IMG/VR virus record: IMGVR_UViG_3300020144_000015
Coordinates: 1 to 50,659 of that record
Strand: one strand, 5' to 3'
Length of the DNA stretch: 50,659 nucleotides
Origin: a virus
Lineage: Duplodnaviria > Caudoviricetes
Positions 15,525 to 26,508 of this stretch are shown in pieces. The notes below the pieces were generated by a model, which was not told the origin of the DNA, did not search any database, and saw nothing but the letters and a program-made list of their open reading frames with translations. How positions within the stretch are numbered: position 1 is the first letter of the stretch; the number at the start of each line of letters is the position of its first letter. The translations under genes were made by a program, and so were the position numbers.

Positions 15525-16717
15525 CACTGTCCCCCGAGCTGGCCACGCTGCGCGACGAAGCCATGGCCGTCACCTGCTGGAGTTGGGCCGATTTCAGGGG
15601 CTGGAAGCTCGGCCCCGGGCCGGACAAGGCTGGCCCTTGTCCAAAATGCGGCGGAACGGATCGTTTCGCCATCCATACGACCAAGAACACCTTCCTGTGC
15701 CGCCGCTGCGGCCTTGCCGGCGGTGGCGTCATCGACCTGGTGATGCAGACCGAGGGCCTGAAATTCGTAGCTGCATGCGAGCTGATTACCGGCCGGCGTG
15801 TCGCCGATCCGGTCTCGGCCGAGGAACAGGCGCGCATCCATCAGGAGGCGGCGCAGCGCGAGCGCGAACGTGCCGCCGAAGAGCAGAAGCGTCGCCTGCG
15901 GGCGATCAATGAGGGGCTGGGCATTTGGGAGCGCACAGCGGCGCCGGGACCGCTGGGGCAGGGTGGCGTGGCTGACTATCTCCAGCTGCGCGGCATCGGC
16001 GGTCTGCACCTGGACAAGATATTGGTCCGGGAAATCATGGCTCATCCTTATGTCGTCGAGGTCGAGGATGAGCGCGGCCGCAAGAGCTATCCGACGCTAC
16101 ACACCGGACCCTGCATGGTGGCGGCCGTGGTCCTGCCCAATGGGCAGTTCGGCGCCGTGCATCAGACATGGCTCGACCTGACCCACCCGAAGGGCAAGGC
16201 GCGGCTGTTCCATCCGACCCGGACAGAAAAGGACGGATCGCCCCTGGCGCTGCCGGCCAAGAAGGTGCGGGGCAGCAAGAAGGGCGGCGCCATCAAGCTC
16301 TATTCGCCACGCCATGCGCGCCGCATCGTGATGGGCGAAGGAATCGAAACCACTCTGACCGCCCTGCGGCACAATTTCGAGGCGAACACGGCCTATTGGG
16401 CCGGCGTTGACCTGGGCAACATGGCCGGCCGGGCGCTGCTCGGCGTGGATGGCAAGCGCCATGAGGCCGAGCCGAATCTCGATGATGCCGAATGCTTCCT
16501 GCCACCCGACTGGTGCGCGGAGCTGGTCTATCTCTGCGACAGCGACGAGCCCGAGACTCGGACGGTGGAAAAGGTCACCCGCGGCCTCAAGCGCGCCCAG
16601 CATTTCCGCGATCTGGCACGAGCGACCAAGCCGGACCTCGCACCGCTTGCCACCTCCTTTGTCGAGCCGGTCGGCAACGGCAAGGACCTCAATGATCTGG
16701 TGAGGGCTGACCCGTGA
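15521..16717 (+). CDS. Primase (P4-alpha-type Zn ribbon + Toprim)
   Basis: GPCPKCGGTDRF...CRRC; GEGIETTL; KDLND; ATGA overlap with the RT stop. Confidence 0.85.
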   Translation: MTLSPELATLRDEAMAVTCWSWADFRGWKLGPGPDKAGPCPKCGGTDRFAIHTTKNTFLCRRCGLAGGGVIDLVMQTEGLKFVAACELITGRRVADPVSAEEQARIHQEAAQRERERAAEEQKRRLRAINEGLGIWERTAAPGPLGQGGVADYLQLRGIGGLHLDKILVREIMAHPYVVEVEDERGRKSYPTLHTGPCMVAAVVLPNGQFGAVHQTWLDLTHPKGKARLFHPTRTEKDGSPLALPAKKVRGSKKGGAIKLYSPRHARRIVMGEGIETTLTALRHNFEANTAYWAGVDLGNMAGRALLGVDGKRHEAEPNLDDAECFLPPDWCAELVYLCDSDEPETRTVEKVTRGLKRAQHFRDLARATKPDLAPLATSFVEPVGNGKDLNDLVRADP

Positions 16718-18552
16718 CCGATACGCCCGACGACGAAAACCCGGTCAAAAAGGCCATGGGCAAAAAGAAGACGGTTAAGCTCACCGTTGTGGACGGGGGT
16801 AAGGCCGAAAAGCCCAAGCGCACCCGGAAGCCCGCTGCGCCCAAGGATGAAGCGCCGCCTCCGCCGGAGGAGGGCGACCCCGGGCCAGCCGAGCCCGATT
16901 ATGGTGATGCCGATGACTTCGGCAGTAATGATGGGATGGATGAGGCCGAGCTGATCGTCACCCGATGGTGTGCCGGCCTCGATCAAAACGATCGTGACAA
17001 TGGGCGGCGGCTGGTCGCCTGGTTCGGGCCGGACATCAAATATGTGACGGGGTTGGGCTGGCTGGTCTGGAAGGGCACGCACTGGCAGCGCGACGAGGCC
17101 GACCTCGATGTCCGGTTGCTTGCGCAATGCATCGTCGACAAGATCAAGCTCGAGGCCATTGAGCTGGAAGCGAGTGACCGGCAGAAGCGTATCCTCGAAC
17201 GCTCGACCGAATTGCTGAAAAAGCAGGGTGAATTGAGCGCGGCCGAAGAACGGATCATCAAGACAGCCGGCGAAATCATGACGGCGCTGGGCAAGCGCCG
17301 CTCCTCGCGCATCGCCTGGGCGGTGACCTCCGGCAATTCCGGCCGCACCAAGGCAATGCTGGAGCAGGCACAATCTTTGCAGGCGCTGCCCATCGACCGG
17401 CTCGATGCCGATCATAACCTGTTCAACGTCGCCAATGGTACATTGCGGTTCTGGAAGGAGCTTGATCCTGACCAGCCCGAAGGCGGCAGCCGGATGATCG
17501 GGCGTTTCGAGTTTCTGCCGCATGATCGGGCTCATCTCATCACCAAAATGGCCGATGTCGAGTATCACCCCGAGGCGACAGCTCCATTCTTTCACGAAAC
17601 CTTTCTGGCCAAGGTGCAGCCTGAAGCGCGTTGGCGCACCTTCATCCAGGTGTCGACGGCAGTCGCGCTGCTGTTCGGCGGCAATGATGAGCAGAGGCTG
17701 TTTTTCCACTATGGCACCGGCGCCAACGGCAAGAGCGCCTTCTTCGAGCTGATCGGTCGCCTCGCCGGTTCATATCGGCAGATCGCATCCCCGGAATCGA
17801 TCACCGGCGATGGCCAGCGGGCGGGCCAGCAGGCCAACCCCGACATCGCCCGCCTGCACAACGCACGCCTGGTAACCATCGAGGAACTGCCCAAGAATAC
17901 GCCGCTCAAAGAAGAGCTGATAAAGGCGCTGACCGGCGGCACCAAAATCCTGGCGCGATTCCTCAACAAGGATTTCTTCGAGTTCATGCCGCAGTTCACG
18001 CCCATGCTCTCGGGCAACAACAAGCCGGCGATCTCGGGCACTGACGAAGGCATCTGGCGGCGGTTTCTGTTCGTGATCTGGGGCATCAAGATCCCGGAGG
18101 GCGAGCGCATGCTGCCGACCGAACTGGCGGCGCGCCTCGATGCTGAACGCTCTGGCGCGCTCAACTGGTTGATTGAGGGCGCATTGCTCTATCTCCAGCA
18201 TGGGCTCGATTTTTTCACGCCGCCCGAGGCCAAGGCCTTCGCCCAGGACTATCGGGAAGAGCGCGACAATGTCGGCGTGTTTGCTGAAGTCGCCATTGAG
18301 AAGGCCTTGCCAGCCGATGGCTGCAAGGTGCAGGCGGGCGATCTCTACAAGGCCTATCTGCGCTGGTGCGAGGCCAACCAGCTCAAGCCTGCCAGTAATC
18401 GCAGCTTCGGGGACCGGCTCAGCGATCTAGGTTTCCAGAAAAAGCGCTCGAACTACTATTACTACATCGACATCCGCCTCAAGGATGGCTTGGCCGGCTC
18501 TTCGGGGGGCGATGGTCCGCCACCTCGCGACCCGGACGATCCGGGGCTCTAG
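16714..18552 (+). CDS. D5/P4-family SF3 helicase (primase-associated)
   Basis: YGTGANGKS Walker A; IKALTGG; NNKP; GIWRR; C-terminal winged helix. Confidence 0.9.
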   Translation: MTDTPDDENPVKKAMGKKKTVKLTVVDGGKAEKPKRTRKPAAPKDEAPPPPEEGDPGPAEPDYGDADDFGSNDGMDEAELIVTRWCAGLDQNDRDNGRRLVAWFGPDIKYVTGLGWLVWKGTHWQRDEADLDVRLLAQCIVDKIKLEAIELEASDRQKRILERSTELLKKQGELSAAEERIIKTAGEIMTALGKRRSSRIAWAVTSGNSGRTKAMLEQAQSLQALPIDRLDADHNLFNVANGTLRFWKELDPDQPEGGSRMIGRFEFLPHDRAHLITKMADVEYHPEATAPFFHETFLAKVQPEARWRTFIQVSTAVALLFGGNDEQRLFFHYGTGANGKSAFFELIGRLAGSYRQIASPESITGDGQRAGQQANPDIARLHNARLVTIEELPKNTPLKEELIKALTGGTKILARFLNKDFFEFMPQFTPMLSGNNKPAISGTDEGIWRRFLFVIWGIKIPEGERMLPTELAARLDAERSGALNWLIEGALLYLQHGLDFFTPPEAKAFAQDYREERDNVGVFAEVAIEKALPADGCKVQAGDLYKAYLRWCEANQLKPASNRSFGDRLSDLGFQKKRSNYYYYIDIRLKDGLAGSSGGDGPPPRDPDDPGL

Positions 18553-18961
18553 CTCGCCAACGGAAGGCAGCGGCCGGGACGGTCGCGCCTTCGTCGCCGC
18601 GCCCCGCACCCCATTTTTTCAGAGAAAAGGAAGTCCCAAACCTCCCGCCGCTATCGCGGCGCGATAGAGGTTTGGGAGATTTGCGGGAGGGTGAATGCAA
18701 TTGTCCCGTAACTATTTCAATAGCAAAATCAATGTGTTCCTCTGAAAATTAGAGGGTTGGGACTGTCTCGGGCGCGTAATGTAAGGGGGCAGGGGTGTGG
18801 GGTGAATTGGCGCGAAACGGAATGGCAAAAACGGCTCATGCGTCATTGGCAACTGTCCCAAGCGTTCCATCCTCTACAACACCTTCTATTCGCTTCGCTT
18901 TCTCCGATAGAGGTTTCCAAAAGAACCTCTAAGGACTGTCCCAGATAAGAGGTTTAGAGCC
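18553..18961. other. Structured intergenic region, candidate replication origin
   Basis: Nested inverted repeats, repeated TGTCCC/GGGAC motifs and an AT-rich patch directly after the helicase. Confidence 0.45.
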
Positions 18962-19546
18962 ATGGCTATAACAATAGATGTGGAAGAGCTGGTGATCTGG
19001 GCCTTTCGGGATCAGAAGGTCGAAGCGGTTGCGCGCAACATGATGCCGTCGCTGCCGACATGGTCGTCGGATAGCTCGCTTGCACAGGTGCTGGCGCTGG
19101 GCACGAAGGTGGACACCACGTCGGCTGGGTCGCGCTTCGTCGCATTGCATTGCCGGGAGGATGCAGCGGTCATCTTCGATGCGGTTATGGCCTTGCCATC
19201 CGAGGCGCGCATGCTGGTGGTTAAGCACGCTCGATCCGGAACGCGCCCCGAATGGCACGAAGAGGGGCCAGGTGAGTGGGTGCAGCCGGTCGACAAGCGC
19301 GGCAATCCCAAAAAGCTCTGGCGCGATCCGTCGACGCAGCGTGGTTTCCTCGGTTATGCGCCCAAGGAACTGGTGGGCACGCATCCGACGGTGGTGGAAG
19401 AGGCGCGCCGGGCCTATTGCGTCTGGTGGCTCGCCCTGGGCGACATTGTCGACCTGCTCAATGGGCCGGATGGCCTCACCGAATTCCAGGCTGTTCAGCC
19501 GAAGGATGCCACTCCGCCATGGTTTGTGTCGTGTCAGGTCGCATGA
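18962..19546 (+). CDS. Hypothetical protein at the late-regulator (Q-like) position
   Basis: 194 aa; last gene before the late promoter-like region. Confidence 0.7.
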   Translation: MAITIDVEELVIWAFRDQKVEAVARNMMPSLPTWSSDSSLAQVLALGTKVDTTSAGSRFVALHCREDAAVIFDAVMALPSEARMLVVKHARSGTRPEWHEEGPGEWVQPVDKRGNPKKLWRDPSTQRGFLGYAPKELVGTHPTVVEEARRAYCVWWLALGDIVDLLNGPDGLTEFQAVQPKDATPPWFVSCQVA

Positions 19547-19551
19547 GGGTG

Positions 19552-19643
19552 TTGACGTGTGGGTAAAAATTGACATAGCTTCACCACAACAAATCAGGTC
19601 TTGAGTTAGGCGCTTCGGGAAACCGTAGCGCCTTTGTCGTTTT
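19552..19643 (+). promoter_or_regulatory. Candidate late promoter followed by a terminator-like hairpin
   Basis: TTGACG (19552) and TTGACA (19570); AGGCGCT-TCGG-GAAA-CCGT-AGCGCCT (19608-19633) then a T-rich tract. Confidence 0.55.
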
Positions 19644-19655
19644 CGAGGTGTTGTG

Positions 19656-20033
19656 ATGGGTAGGCTCAAGGTTGTCCCATCGCGCCTTAAGGTGCCAGCG
19701 CCACGCATAGGCTTCGCCAGCGGCGACCAGAGAGCAGGCGACAGGGCGCGCAATGCAGCGGCGCCTTGGCGGGCCTGGTATCGCACTGAGCGGTGGGCCG
19801 ATCTGCGCACTGCTGTCTTTGCGCGCGATGGCTTTCGGTGCCAGCGCACCGGGCAGTTGTGCATGGGAGAGTACCCGGCACCCGACAGCCCGGTCGCCAA
19901 CCACAAGAAACCGCATCGCGGCAACCCGGACCTGTTCTGGGACATCAACAATATCGAGACGGTGGCGAAGTCGGTGCACGACGGCGCCATTCAGGCCGAA
20001 GAGCAGGCAATTCCAACAGGCCGCTGGGACTGA
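19656..20033 (+). CDS. HNH endonuclease (terminase-associated)
   Basis: RDGFRCQ, NHKKPHRG..LFWD.NN, VHD; directly before terS. Confidence 0.88.
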   Translation: MGRLKVVPSRLKVPAPRIGFASGDQRAGDRARNAAAPWRAWYRTERWADLRTAVFARDGFRCQRTGQLCMGEYPAPDSPVANHKKPHRGNPDLFWDINNIETVAKSVHDGAIQAEEQAIPTGRWD

Positions 20034-20120
20034 CGACACGACAGGGGGGGGGGCGGTCGAAAGTCTGGGCGACCTCGGGGCCTCGTACCGGCTTGGGGGT
20101 CACGTGGAGATTTTTTTCTC
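20034..20120. other. Candidate cos region
   Basis: HNH-terS gap with G10-CGGTCGAAAGT...ACCG...GAGATTTTTTT, typical of cos-phage end regions. Confidence 0.5.
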
Positions 20121-20594
20121 ATGGCGCAAGATTTTGACCTGCTCGGGGACCCAATCCCCGAGGGGTTTGGCAAGCGCGGGCGTCCGCCGCACATGCCGAC
20201 AGATGAAAAACGCAGACTTATCATGATGTTAATGCGCGTTGGCAAAACGGATCAGCAGATTGCCGACACGTTCCGCATCTCGCTGCCGACCCTGCGCAAG
20301 CATTATTTTCGGGAACTGCGCGAACGGGCCAAGGCCCGGGACATCGCGGACGGAAAAATCCTTTCCGCGCTGCTCGACCAGGTCGATGCCGGCAACGTCG
20401 CCGCCATCAAGGAGATGAGCCGCATGTTCGAAAAGCATGACCTGGCTGCGCTGGCGGAAGCGATCAAGAACCGTGGCCAGCCCGACCGGCCGCATAATGA
20501 ACCGAAAAAAGGAAAGAAGGAGCAAATTCAGGCGGCGGCCGAGAATGTGACCGGGATTTTTGCCCCGCCGCCGCCACCCGAGAAACTCAACTGA
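20121..20594 (+). CDS. terS: Terminase small subunit
   Basis: [23 protein letters not shown]; coupled to terL. Confidence 0.82.
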   Translation: MAQDFDLLGDPIPEGFGKRGRPPHMPTDEKRRLIMMLMRVGKTDQQIADTFRISLPTLRKHYFRELRERAKARDIADGKILSALLDQVDAGNVAAIKEMSRMFEKHDLAALAEAIKNRGQPDRPHNEPKKGKKEQIQAAAENVTGIFAPPPPPEKLN

Positions 20595-22330
20595 TGCGGC
20601 ATTGGTCGACGGCTTGCCCGGATTGGGAGACGCGTATCGTTGCCCGCCGGTCATTGGTGCCCTTCGAGCCGCTGTTCCCGAGCGAGGCCGAGGCGGCGCT
20701 GGCCGTATTCAAGTCGCTCAAAATCGTCGATGCGGCATTCGTGGAGGACGTGCGGACCGGCGAGTTGCGTCCGCCCACCTTTGGCGAGGCATGCGAGGAA
20801 TTCGTCTTCGATTTCGTTCGAGCGATCTTCGGCGCCTACGAGGCCAAGACTGCCCGCCGGCATATTCGTGAATTCCTGTTGCTCATCAGCAAGAAGAATT
20901 CGAAGTCGACGATTGCGGCGGGGATCATGCTCACGGCGTTGATCCGCAACTGGCGCCACGCGGCAGAACTGCTCGTCCTGGCTCCCACGCTGGAAGTGGC
21001 GAACAATGTCTTCGGGCCGGCGGCCAACATGGTTCGCTATGACGCCGAGCTGAGCGTGTTGCTCCAGGTGCAGGACCATGTCCGCACGATCAAGCACCGC
21101 ACCACGCTGGCGGAGTTGAAAGTTATAGCTGCCGATGCCGAGACGGTGGGCGGGAAGAAAGCCGCCTTCGTGCTGGTGGAGGAATTGTGGCTGTTCGGCA
21201 AACGCGCCAATGCAGGGAGCATGTTGCGTGAAGCCATCGGTGGTCTGGTCTCTCGCCCCGAGGGCTTTGTGATCTACCTGACCACTCATAGCGACGAGCC
21301 GCCGGCGGGCGTGTTCAAGGAGAAGCTGGAGTATTTCCGCGACGTCCGGGATGGTGTCATCGAGGACAATGAGAGCCTTGGCGTCCTCTATGAATGGCCG
21401 TCCGAGATGCTGGAAAGCGAGGCCTATCTCGACCCCGCGAATTTCTATGTCACCAACCCCAACATCGGACGCTCGGTGAGCCAGCATTGGTTGGAAAGCG
21501 AGCTTCGCAAGGAATTGCGCGGCGAGGGAGAGGGCAGGCAGATCTTCCTCGCCAAGCATCTCAATGTTGAAATCGGCCTCAAGCTGCGACGGGATCGCTG
21601 GAAAGGCGCGAACTATTGGGAGGGCGCCGAGGCTGCCGGCCTCACGCTCGAAGAGGTGATTGCCCGATCCGATGTCGCTGTCGTCGGCATTGATGGCGGC
21701 GGCCTCGACGATCTTCTGGGGCTGGGGGTGATCGGTCGGGATCGGCAGACGCGGGAATGGCTGCATTGGGGGCACGCCTGGGCCCAGACCGACGTGCTGG
21801 AGCTGCGCAAGGACATCGTGTCGAAGCTGCGGGACTTCGAGAAGGCCGGCGAATTGACGATCTGCAGTTTCGCCACGCAGGACCTCGAAGAGGTCGCTGA
21901 TATCGTGGAGCGCTTGAATGACGCCGGATTGCTGCCGGAAAAGGCGGCAATCGGCCTCGATCCGATGGGGGTGACTGCCCTGGTGGACGAGTTGTCGGGC
22001 AGAAATATCACCGACGAGCAGATGGCAGCGGTCTCGCAGGGCTACAAGCTGTCAGGGGCGGTGTGGGGCGTGGAACGGAAGCTCAAGGACGGAACCCTCT
22101 GGCATTGCGGCCAAAAGCTGATGGCCTGGGCAGTGAGCAATGCCAAAGCCGAGCAGCGGGGTAATGCGGTGCTCATCACCAAGCAAATGGCCGGCAAAGC
22201 CAAAATCGATCCTCTCATAGCTGTCTTCAACGCCGCGCAGTTGATGAGCCGCAACCCTTCGGCAGCGGTGGCGGTAACCAGCGTCTACGAAAAACTTGCC
22301 CAGCAAAAAGCTGCGGAGGAAGCGCAATGA
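20594..22330 (+). CDS. terL: Terminase large subunit
   Basis: SKKNSKST Walker A, VEELW Walker B, GIDGG...D, KIDP nuclease motifs. Confidence 0.95.
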   Translation: MRHWSTACPDWETRIVARRSLVPFEPLFPSEAEAALAVFKSLKIVDAAFVEDVRTGELRPPTFGEACEEFVFDFVRAIFGAYEAKTARRHIREFLLLISKKNSKSTIAAGIMLTALIRNWRHAAELLVLAPTLEVANNVFGPAANMVRYDAELSVLLQVQDHVRTIKHRTTLAELKVIAADAETVGGKKAAFVLVEELWLFGKRANAGSMLREAIGGLVSRPEGFVIYLTTHSDEPPAGVFKEKLEYFRDVRDGVIEDNESLGVLYEWPSEMLESEAYLDPANFYVTNPNIGRSVSQHWLESELRKELRGEGEGRQIFLAKHLNVEIGLKLRRDRWKGANYWEGAEAAGLTLEEVIARSDVAVVGIDGGGLDDLLGLGVIGRDRQTREWLHWGHAWAQTDVLELRKDIVSKLRDFEKAGELTICSFATQDLEEVADIVERLNDAGLLPEKAAIGLDPMGVTALVDELSGRNITDEQMAAVSQGYKLSGAVWGVERKLKDGTLWHCGQKLMAWAVSNAKAEQRGNAVLITKQMAGKAKIDPLIAVFNAAQLMSRNPSAAVAVTSVYEKLAQQKAAEEAQ

Positions 22331-23607
22331 GCTGGTTTGGAAATATCCTCAATCGGCTGACAGGGTGGGAGCGCCCTGCGGGGACCCGCATTGTTTCATT
22401 TGGGCGGACCGATGCCGGTGTTTTCGTCAATGCCGACACCGCACTGAAAAACGCGACGGTCTGGGCATGTGTCCAGTACCTGACCCGCACGGTGGCCCAA
22501 TTGCCGTGGCATGTGATGGCCAAGGATGCCAAAGGCAATTCGACCATCATGTCGTCCAATCCGGCCGACAGGGTGCTGAACACCCGGCCATGCCCTGACA
22601 TGAGCGCATTCGCGTGGCGTCAGACAATGTTGATGCACGTCCTCCTGCATGGGAATGGCTATGCGGAGATCGAACGGGATAACCGTGGAGCGATTTATGC
22701 GCTTTGGCCGATCCACCCGGGCAGGGTGACCGTACTGCGCGCGGACACAGGCGCGTTGCAGTATGAGGTGAGCGGTCGTTCGGGGAACGTCATCCTCGAC
22801 GCTCAGGACATGTTCCATATTCGCGGGCTCGGCGACGGCCCGGTGGGTTATGGCGTGATCGACTACGCCGCCCAATCCATTGGATGGGCGCAGGCCACGG
22901 AAATTTTCGGTGCATCATTCTTTGGCCAGGGGATGAACCCCAGCGGCATCATCACGACGGACAAGGGACTGTCCATTCCGGCAATGGATGAGCTCCGCAA
23001 GGACCTGAAGCGGCTCTATGGCGGCCCGAAAGGCGAGCGGACGGCAATTCTCGACGCCGGCATGAAATTCGAGAAGCTGTCCCAGGATCAGGATGCGGCG
23101 CAGTTCATCGAGACGCGCCAGCACCAGGTCGAGGAGATCTGTCGGTGGTTCGGCTGTCCTCCGCACAAGGTGATGCACCTGCTTCGCTCGACGTTCTCCA
23201 ATATCGAGCACCAATCCATCGAGGTCGTGGTCGACAGCATCACGCCCTGGGCTCGGGTGTTCGAACAGGAAGCCGATTACAAGCTGTTCGGCTCCAATCG
23301 TCAGGGCCTCTACACCAAGATTTCGGTGCAGGCGCTGATGCGCGGCGACAATGAGAGCCGCATGAAATTCTACAAGGGCCTTATGGAGTTGGGCGTTCCG
23401 CTAAACACGATCCTCGCCCTGGAAGACATGAACGGCATCGGCGCGGATGGCGATGTCAGCTTCGTCAGCAACAACGTCCAGACCCTCAAGCGCGCCATTG
23501 AGGGCAAAACCGTGAAGGCGGCCCCGGCGCCCGGCGACACCATCGAAGAAATTGACCCACCCGAACCCGAGAGGCCCAGCAATGGCATCCTGCTTAACCG
23601 CGCTTAG
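22327..23607 (+). CDS. Portal protein (HK97 family)
   Basis: [32 protein letters not shown]. Confidence 0.95.
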   Translation: MSWFGNILNRLTGWERPAGTRIVSFGRTDAGVFVNADTALKNATVWACVQYLTRTVAQLPWHVMAKDAKGNSTIMSSNPADRVLNTRPCPDMSAFAWRQTMLMHVLLHGNGYAEIERDNRGAIYALWPIHPGRVTVLRADTGALQYEVSGRSGNVILDAQDMFHIRGLGDGPVGYGVIDYAAQSIGWAQATEIFGASFFGQGMNPSGIITTDKGLSIPAMDELRKDLKRLYGGPKGERTAILDAGMKFEKLSQDQDAAQFIETRQHQVEEICRWFGCPPHKVMHLLRSTFSNIEHQSIEVVVDSITPWARVFEQEADYKLFGSNRQGLYTKISVQALMRGDNESRMKFYKGLMELGVPLNTILALEDMNGIGADGDVSFVSNNVQTLKRAIEGKTVKAAPAPGDTIEEIDPPEPERPSNGILLNRA

Positions 23608-24313
23608 CCTGGTGTTGAATGACGCCGGCCAGAAAGTCCCGACTGGCTACTGCGTCAAGGCCAAAGGCAAGGAAGCCGAAATCATGCTCTACGGCGACGT
23701 CGGCGATTCGTGGTTCGGTGGCGTCACCGCCAAACAGTTTGCCGATGATCTGAAGGCTGCCGGCAATGTCGATACCATTCGGCTTCGCATCAACAGTCCT
23801 GGCGGTGACGTGTTCGATGGCCTCACGATCTATCGACTGCTGGTGGACCATAAGGCCAAGGTGATCGTCCATATCGACGGTTTGGCCGCTTCGATCGCAT
23901 CCGTGATCGCCATGGCCGGTGAGGAAATTCACATCAGCGAGTCCGGGTTCCTGATGATCCACAATGCCTGGGGCTTCGCCATGGGCGACAGCGAGGACAT
24001 GCGCACCATGGCCGGCCTTCTGGATCGAACCACTGCCAGTATCCGTGATGTTTACGTGTCGCGCACCGGCAAGACCGAAATCGAGGTCAAGAATTGGATG
24101 GATGTCGAAACCTGGTTCACCGCTCAAGAAGCGGTCGAAAATGGCTTCGCCACCAACATTTCTGACAATATGCGGCTTGCCGCCCGGTTCGACCCCTCCA
24201 AGCATCGCTTCAAGCAGGCTCCTGCTGCCCTCGCCGGCACGCCGAATATGGACGCCGCGCGGGCACGGATCGCGCAGATGAAAGTCAAATATCAGGCCAG
24301 GAAAGCCGCCTGA
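23582..24313 (+). CDS. ClpP-type prohead protease
   Basis: INSPGGDVFDG, GLAASIAS, MIHN, ETWFTAQEA; start uncertain. Confidence 0.93.
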   Translation: MASCLTALSLVLNDAGQKVPTGYCVKAKGKEAEIMLYGDVGDSWFGGVTAKQFADDLKAAGNVDTIRLRINSPGGDVFDGLTIYRLLVDHKAKVIVHIDGLAASIASVIAMAGEEIHISESGFLMIHNAWGFAMGDSEDMRTMAGLLDRTTASIRDVYVSRTGKTEIEVKNWMDVETWFTAQEAVENGFATNISDNMRLAARFDPSKHRFKQAPAALAGTPNMDAARARIAQMKVKYQARKAA

Positions 24314-24372
24314 TCGATCGAAATTCCGGCGGCGTGGTGTCGCCGGTAGGCGCCTTGAATGGCGCGGCCAAC

Positions 24373-24395
24373 GGCTCGCTTCGGCGGGCCTTTTT
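24373..24395 (+). terminator. Intrinsic terminator-like hairpin before the capsid gene
   Basis: GGCTCGC-TTCG-GCGGGCC-TTTTT. Confidence 0.55.
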
Positions 24396-24410
24396 CTTAG
24401 GAGTATAGAC

Positions 24411-25892
24411 ATGGGCAAGCACTTCATGGTGCCCACCAGCGTCTTGGCCGTGCTGGCCATTGGCGCTCTCCCCTACGGCTTCGGCATGTTTGCCGATGGC
24501 CCGAACGATGCAACCATCGATGCTCACCGTGACCGCCAGCAGGCGCTCATGGAATCGTCGCAGGCGATCCTGGCCCGTGCCGAGGGCGAAAACCGCGACC
24601 TCACCGCCGAAGAGCAGCGCGAGGTCGAGGGCCTGACGAACGAGTTCGACGATCTGGAGCGTCAGATTGCCCTGCGTGAGCGCGTCAACAGCCAGAACGC
24701 CGTTCTCACCGCCCCGCGCGGCCGCCAGACCGAGGCCGATGTGGACGCCGATCCGGCCGATATCGCTCCCGCTTCGCCGCGCCCGACGAATGCCGCCCCG
24801 CGCCCGAACAATGCTCGCCCCGTACCGGCCCAGCCGAATGCAACGGCGCGCGGGACCGCTGGCTTCCGCCACCTGGGGGACTTTGCCAATGCCGTGCGCC
24901 AGGCCTCCATGCGCGGCGGCGACATGGACCCCCGCCTGCGCAACGCGGCGGTGACCACTTATGGAAACGAGGGCACCGGCGCCGACGGCGGTTTCGCCGT
25001 CCCGCCCGACTTCCGCACGGAAATCCTGGCCCCGGTGTTCAACGAGGATAGCCTGCTGGCGATGACCGACCGCCTGCAGTCGAGTTCGAACACCATCACG
25101 CTGCCCACCGATTCCACCACGCCGTGGCAGACTTCGGGCGGTATCCAGTCGTACTGGACGGCCGAAGCCAGCACCAAGCAGCAGAGCAAGCCCGTGCTGG
25201 GCGAGACCACGCTGAAGCTGCATACCCTGGCCACGCTGGTTCCCGTTACCGAGGAACTGCTCGAGGATGCCCCGGCGATGGGCGCCTATCTGAACCGCAA
25301 GGCTCCCGAGAAGATGGACTTCAAGGTGTCCGACGCCATCGTTCGCGGCACCGGCGTCGGCCAGCCCCTTGGCTTCCTGAATTCGCCAGCCCTGGTGACG
25401 GTGCCCGGCGAAAGCGGCCAGCCCGCCGACACGGTCAATGTGACCAACCTCGCCAAGATGTGGGGGCGCCTGCCGGTGTCCTCGCGCCGTTCGGCGGTTT
25501 GGCTGATGCATCCGGATGTGGAAGCCACGCTGCCGCTGATGACCCTGGCCGGCCAGCCGGTTTATCTGCCGCCTGGCGGCGTATCCGGGAACATGTATGG
25601 GACCCTTTGGGGGCGCCCGGTCATCCCGCATCAGGTCGCCGACACCATTGGCGATGTGGGCGACGTGATGCTGGTGGACCTGAAGCAGTACCTCACCGTC
25701 ACCAAGAACGGCAACGGCCGTGACGCCAATGGCATCAAGTCCGATGTGTCGATCCACCTCTGGTTCGACCAGGACATGGTCGCCTTCCGCTTCACCTTGC
25801 GTGTCGCCGGCCAGCCCTGGTGGCCCGCAGCCATTGCGCAGCGCGACGGCGCGAACGCCCAGTCGCCCTATATCACGCTGGCCGCTCGCTGA
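24411..25892 (+). CDS. Major capsid protein (HK97 fold, with delta domain)
   Basis: Coiled-coil N-terminus; DGGFAVP, VTEELLED, GTG.GQPLG, LWGRPV. Confidence 0.93.
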   Translation: MGKHFMVPTSVLAVLAIGALPYGFGMFADGPNDATIDAHRDRQQALMESSQAILARAEGENRDLTAEEQREVEGLTNEFDDLERQIALRERVNSQNAVLTAPRGRQTEADVDADPADIAPASPRPTNAAPRPNNARPVPAQPNATARGTAGFRHLGDFANAVRQASMRGGDMDPRLRNAAVTTYGNEGTGADGGFAVPPDFRTEILAPVFNEDSLLAMTDRLQSSSNTITLPTDSTTPWQTSGGIQSYWTAEASTKQQSKPVLGETTLKLHTLATLVPVTEELLEDAPAMGAYLNRKAPEKMDFKVSDAIVRGTGVGQPLGFLNSPALVTVPGESGQPADTVNVTNLAKMWGRLPVSSRRSAVWLMHPDVEATLPLMTLAGQPVYLPPGGVSGNMYGTLWGRPVIPHQVADTIGDVGDVMLVDLKQYLTVTKNGNGRDANGIKSDVSIHLWFDQDMVAFRFTLRVAGQPWWPAAIAQRDGANAQSPYITLAAR

Positions 25893-25966
25893 GCGTAGCG
25901 CGCCGGTATGATCCGGCGCGTTCCATCCCCCTTTATAGGCGCCGCTGCTGGCGCAGGAGCCCTCCC

Positions 25967-26449
25967 ATGAAACTGAATGCTTTGCTTTCCGAACAGGTCA
26001 AGTTTGTCGAAGGCCTGCTCGGGGTCGTTCCCTCTTCGACGACGCCCGACTATGTGTCGCTCAAGAACTTCGAGCGCATCGCGGTCATCATTCTGGTGAA
26101 GAACGCCACAACCGTCACCGGATCGGAGATCACGCTCAAGCAGGCGACGTCCGTCGCCGGCGGCGCTGAAAAGCCGCTTGCCTTCACCAAGGCCTATCGG
26201 AACCTGGATACGGCGGCCGGCGACGTGCTGACCGAATTTGCAGTGGCGTCCAACACCTTCACGTCGGACAGCACCAACTCGAAGAACCTCATGTACGTCA
26301 TCGAAGTCCAGGCCGAGCATCTCGATGTCAATAACGGCTTCGACTGCATCCGCGCCGGCACCGGCGATGCGACCGCAGCGACGGTCACTGTCCTCTATGC
26401 CCTTTTTGGCGCCAAGTTCGGCACCAAAGCGCCGGCCATCACCGATTGA
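25967..26449 (+). CDS. Head-associated structural protein (possible decoration protein)
   Basis: AGGAG RBS; beta-rich; follows the capsid gene. Confidence 0.65.
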   Translation: MKLNALLSEQVKFVEGLLGVVPSSTTPDYVSLKNFERIAVIILVKNATTVTGSEITLKQATSVAGGAEKPLAFTKAYRNLDTAAGDVLTEFAVASNTFTSDSTNSKNLMYVIEVQAEHLDVNNGFDCIRAGTGDATAATVTVLYALFGAKFGTKAPAITD

Positions 26450-26508
26450 TCGGGATGCGCGGGGTCGCTCGCGCACCTTTTCCCCACACCCATTGAAAGG
26501 TCAGTGCC

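Noticed and set aside
20044-20053. G10 tract as a phase-variation switch
   Set aside because: Intergenic and within the usual G-rich cos-region context; changes no reading frame
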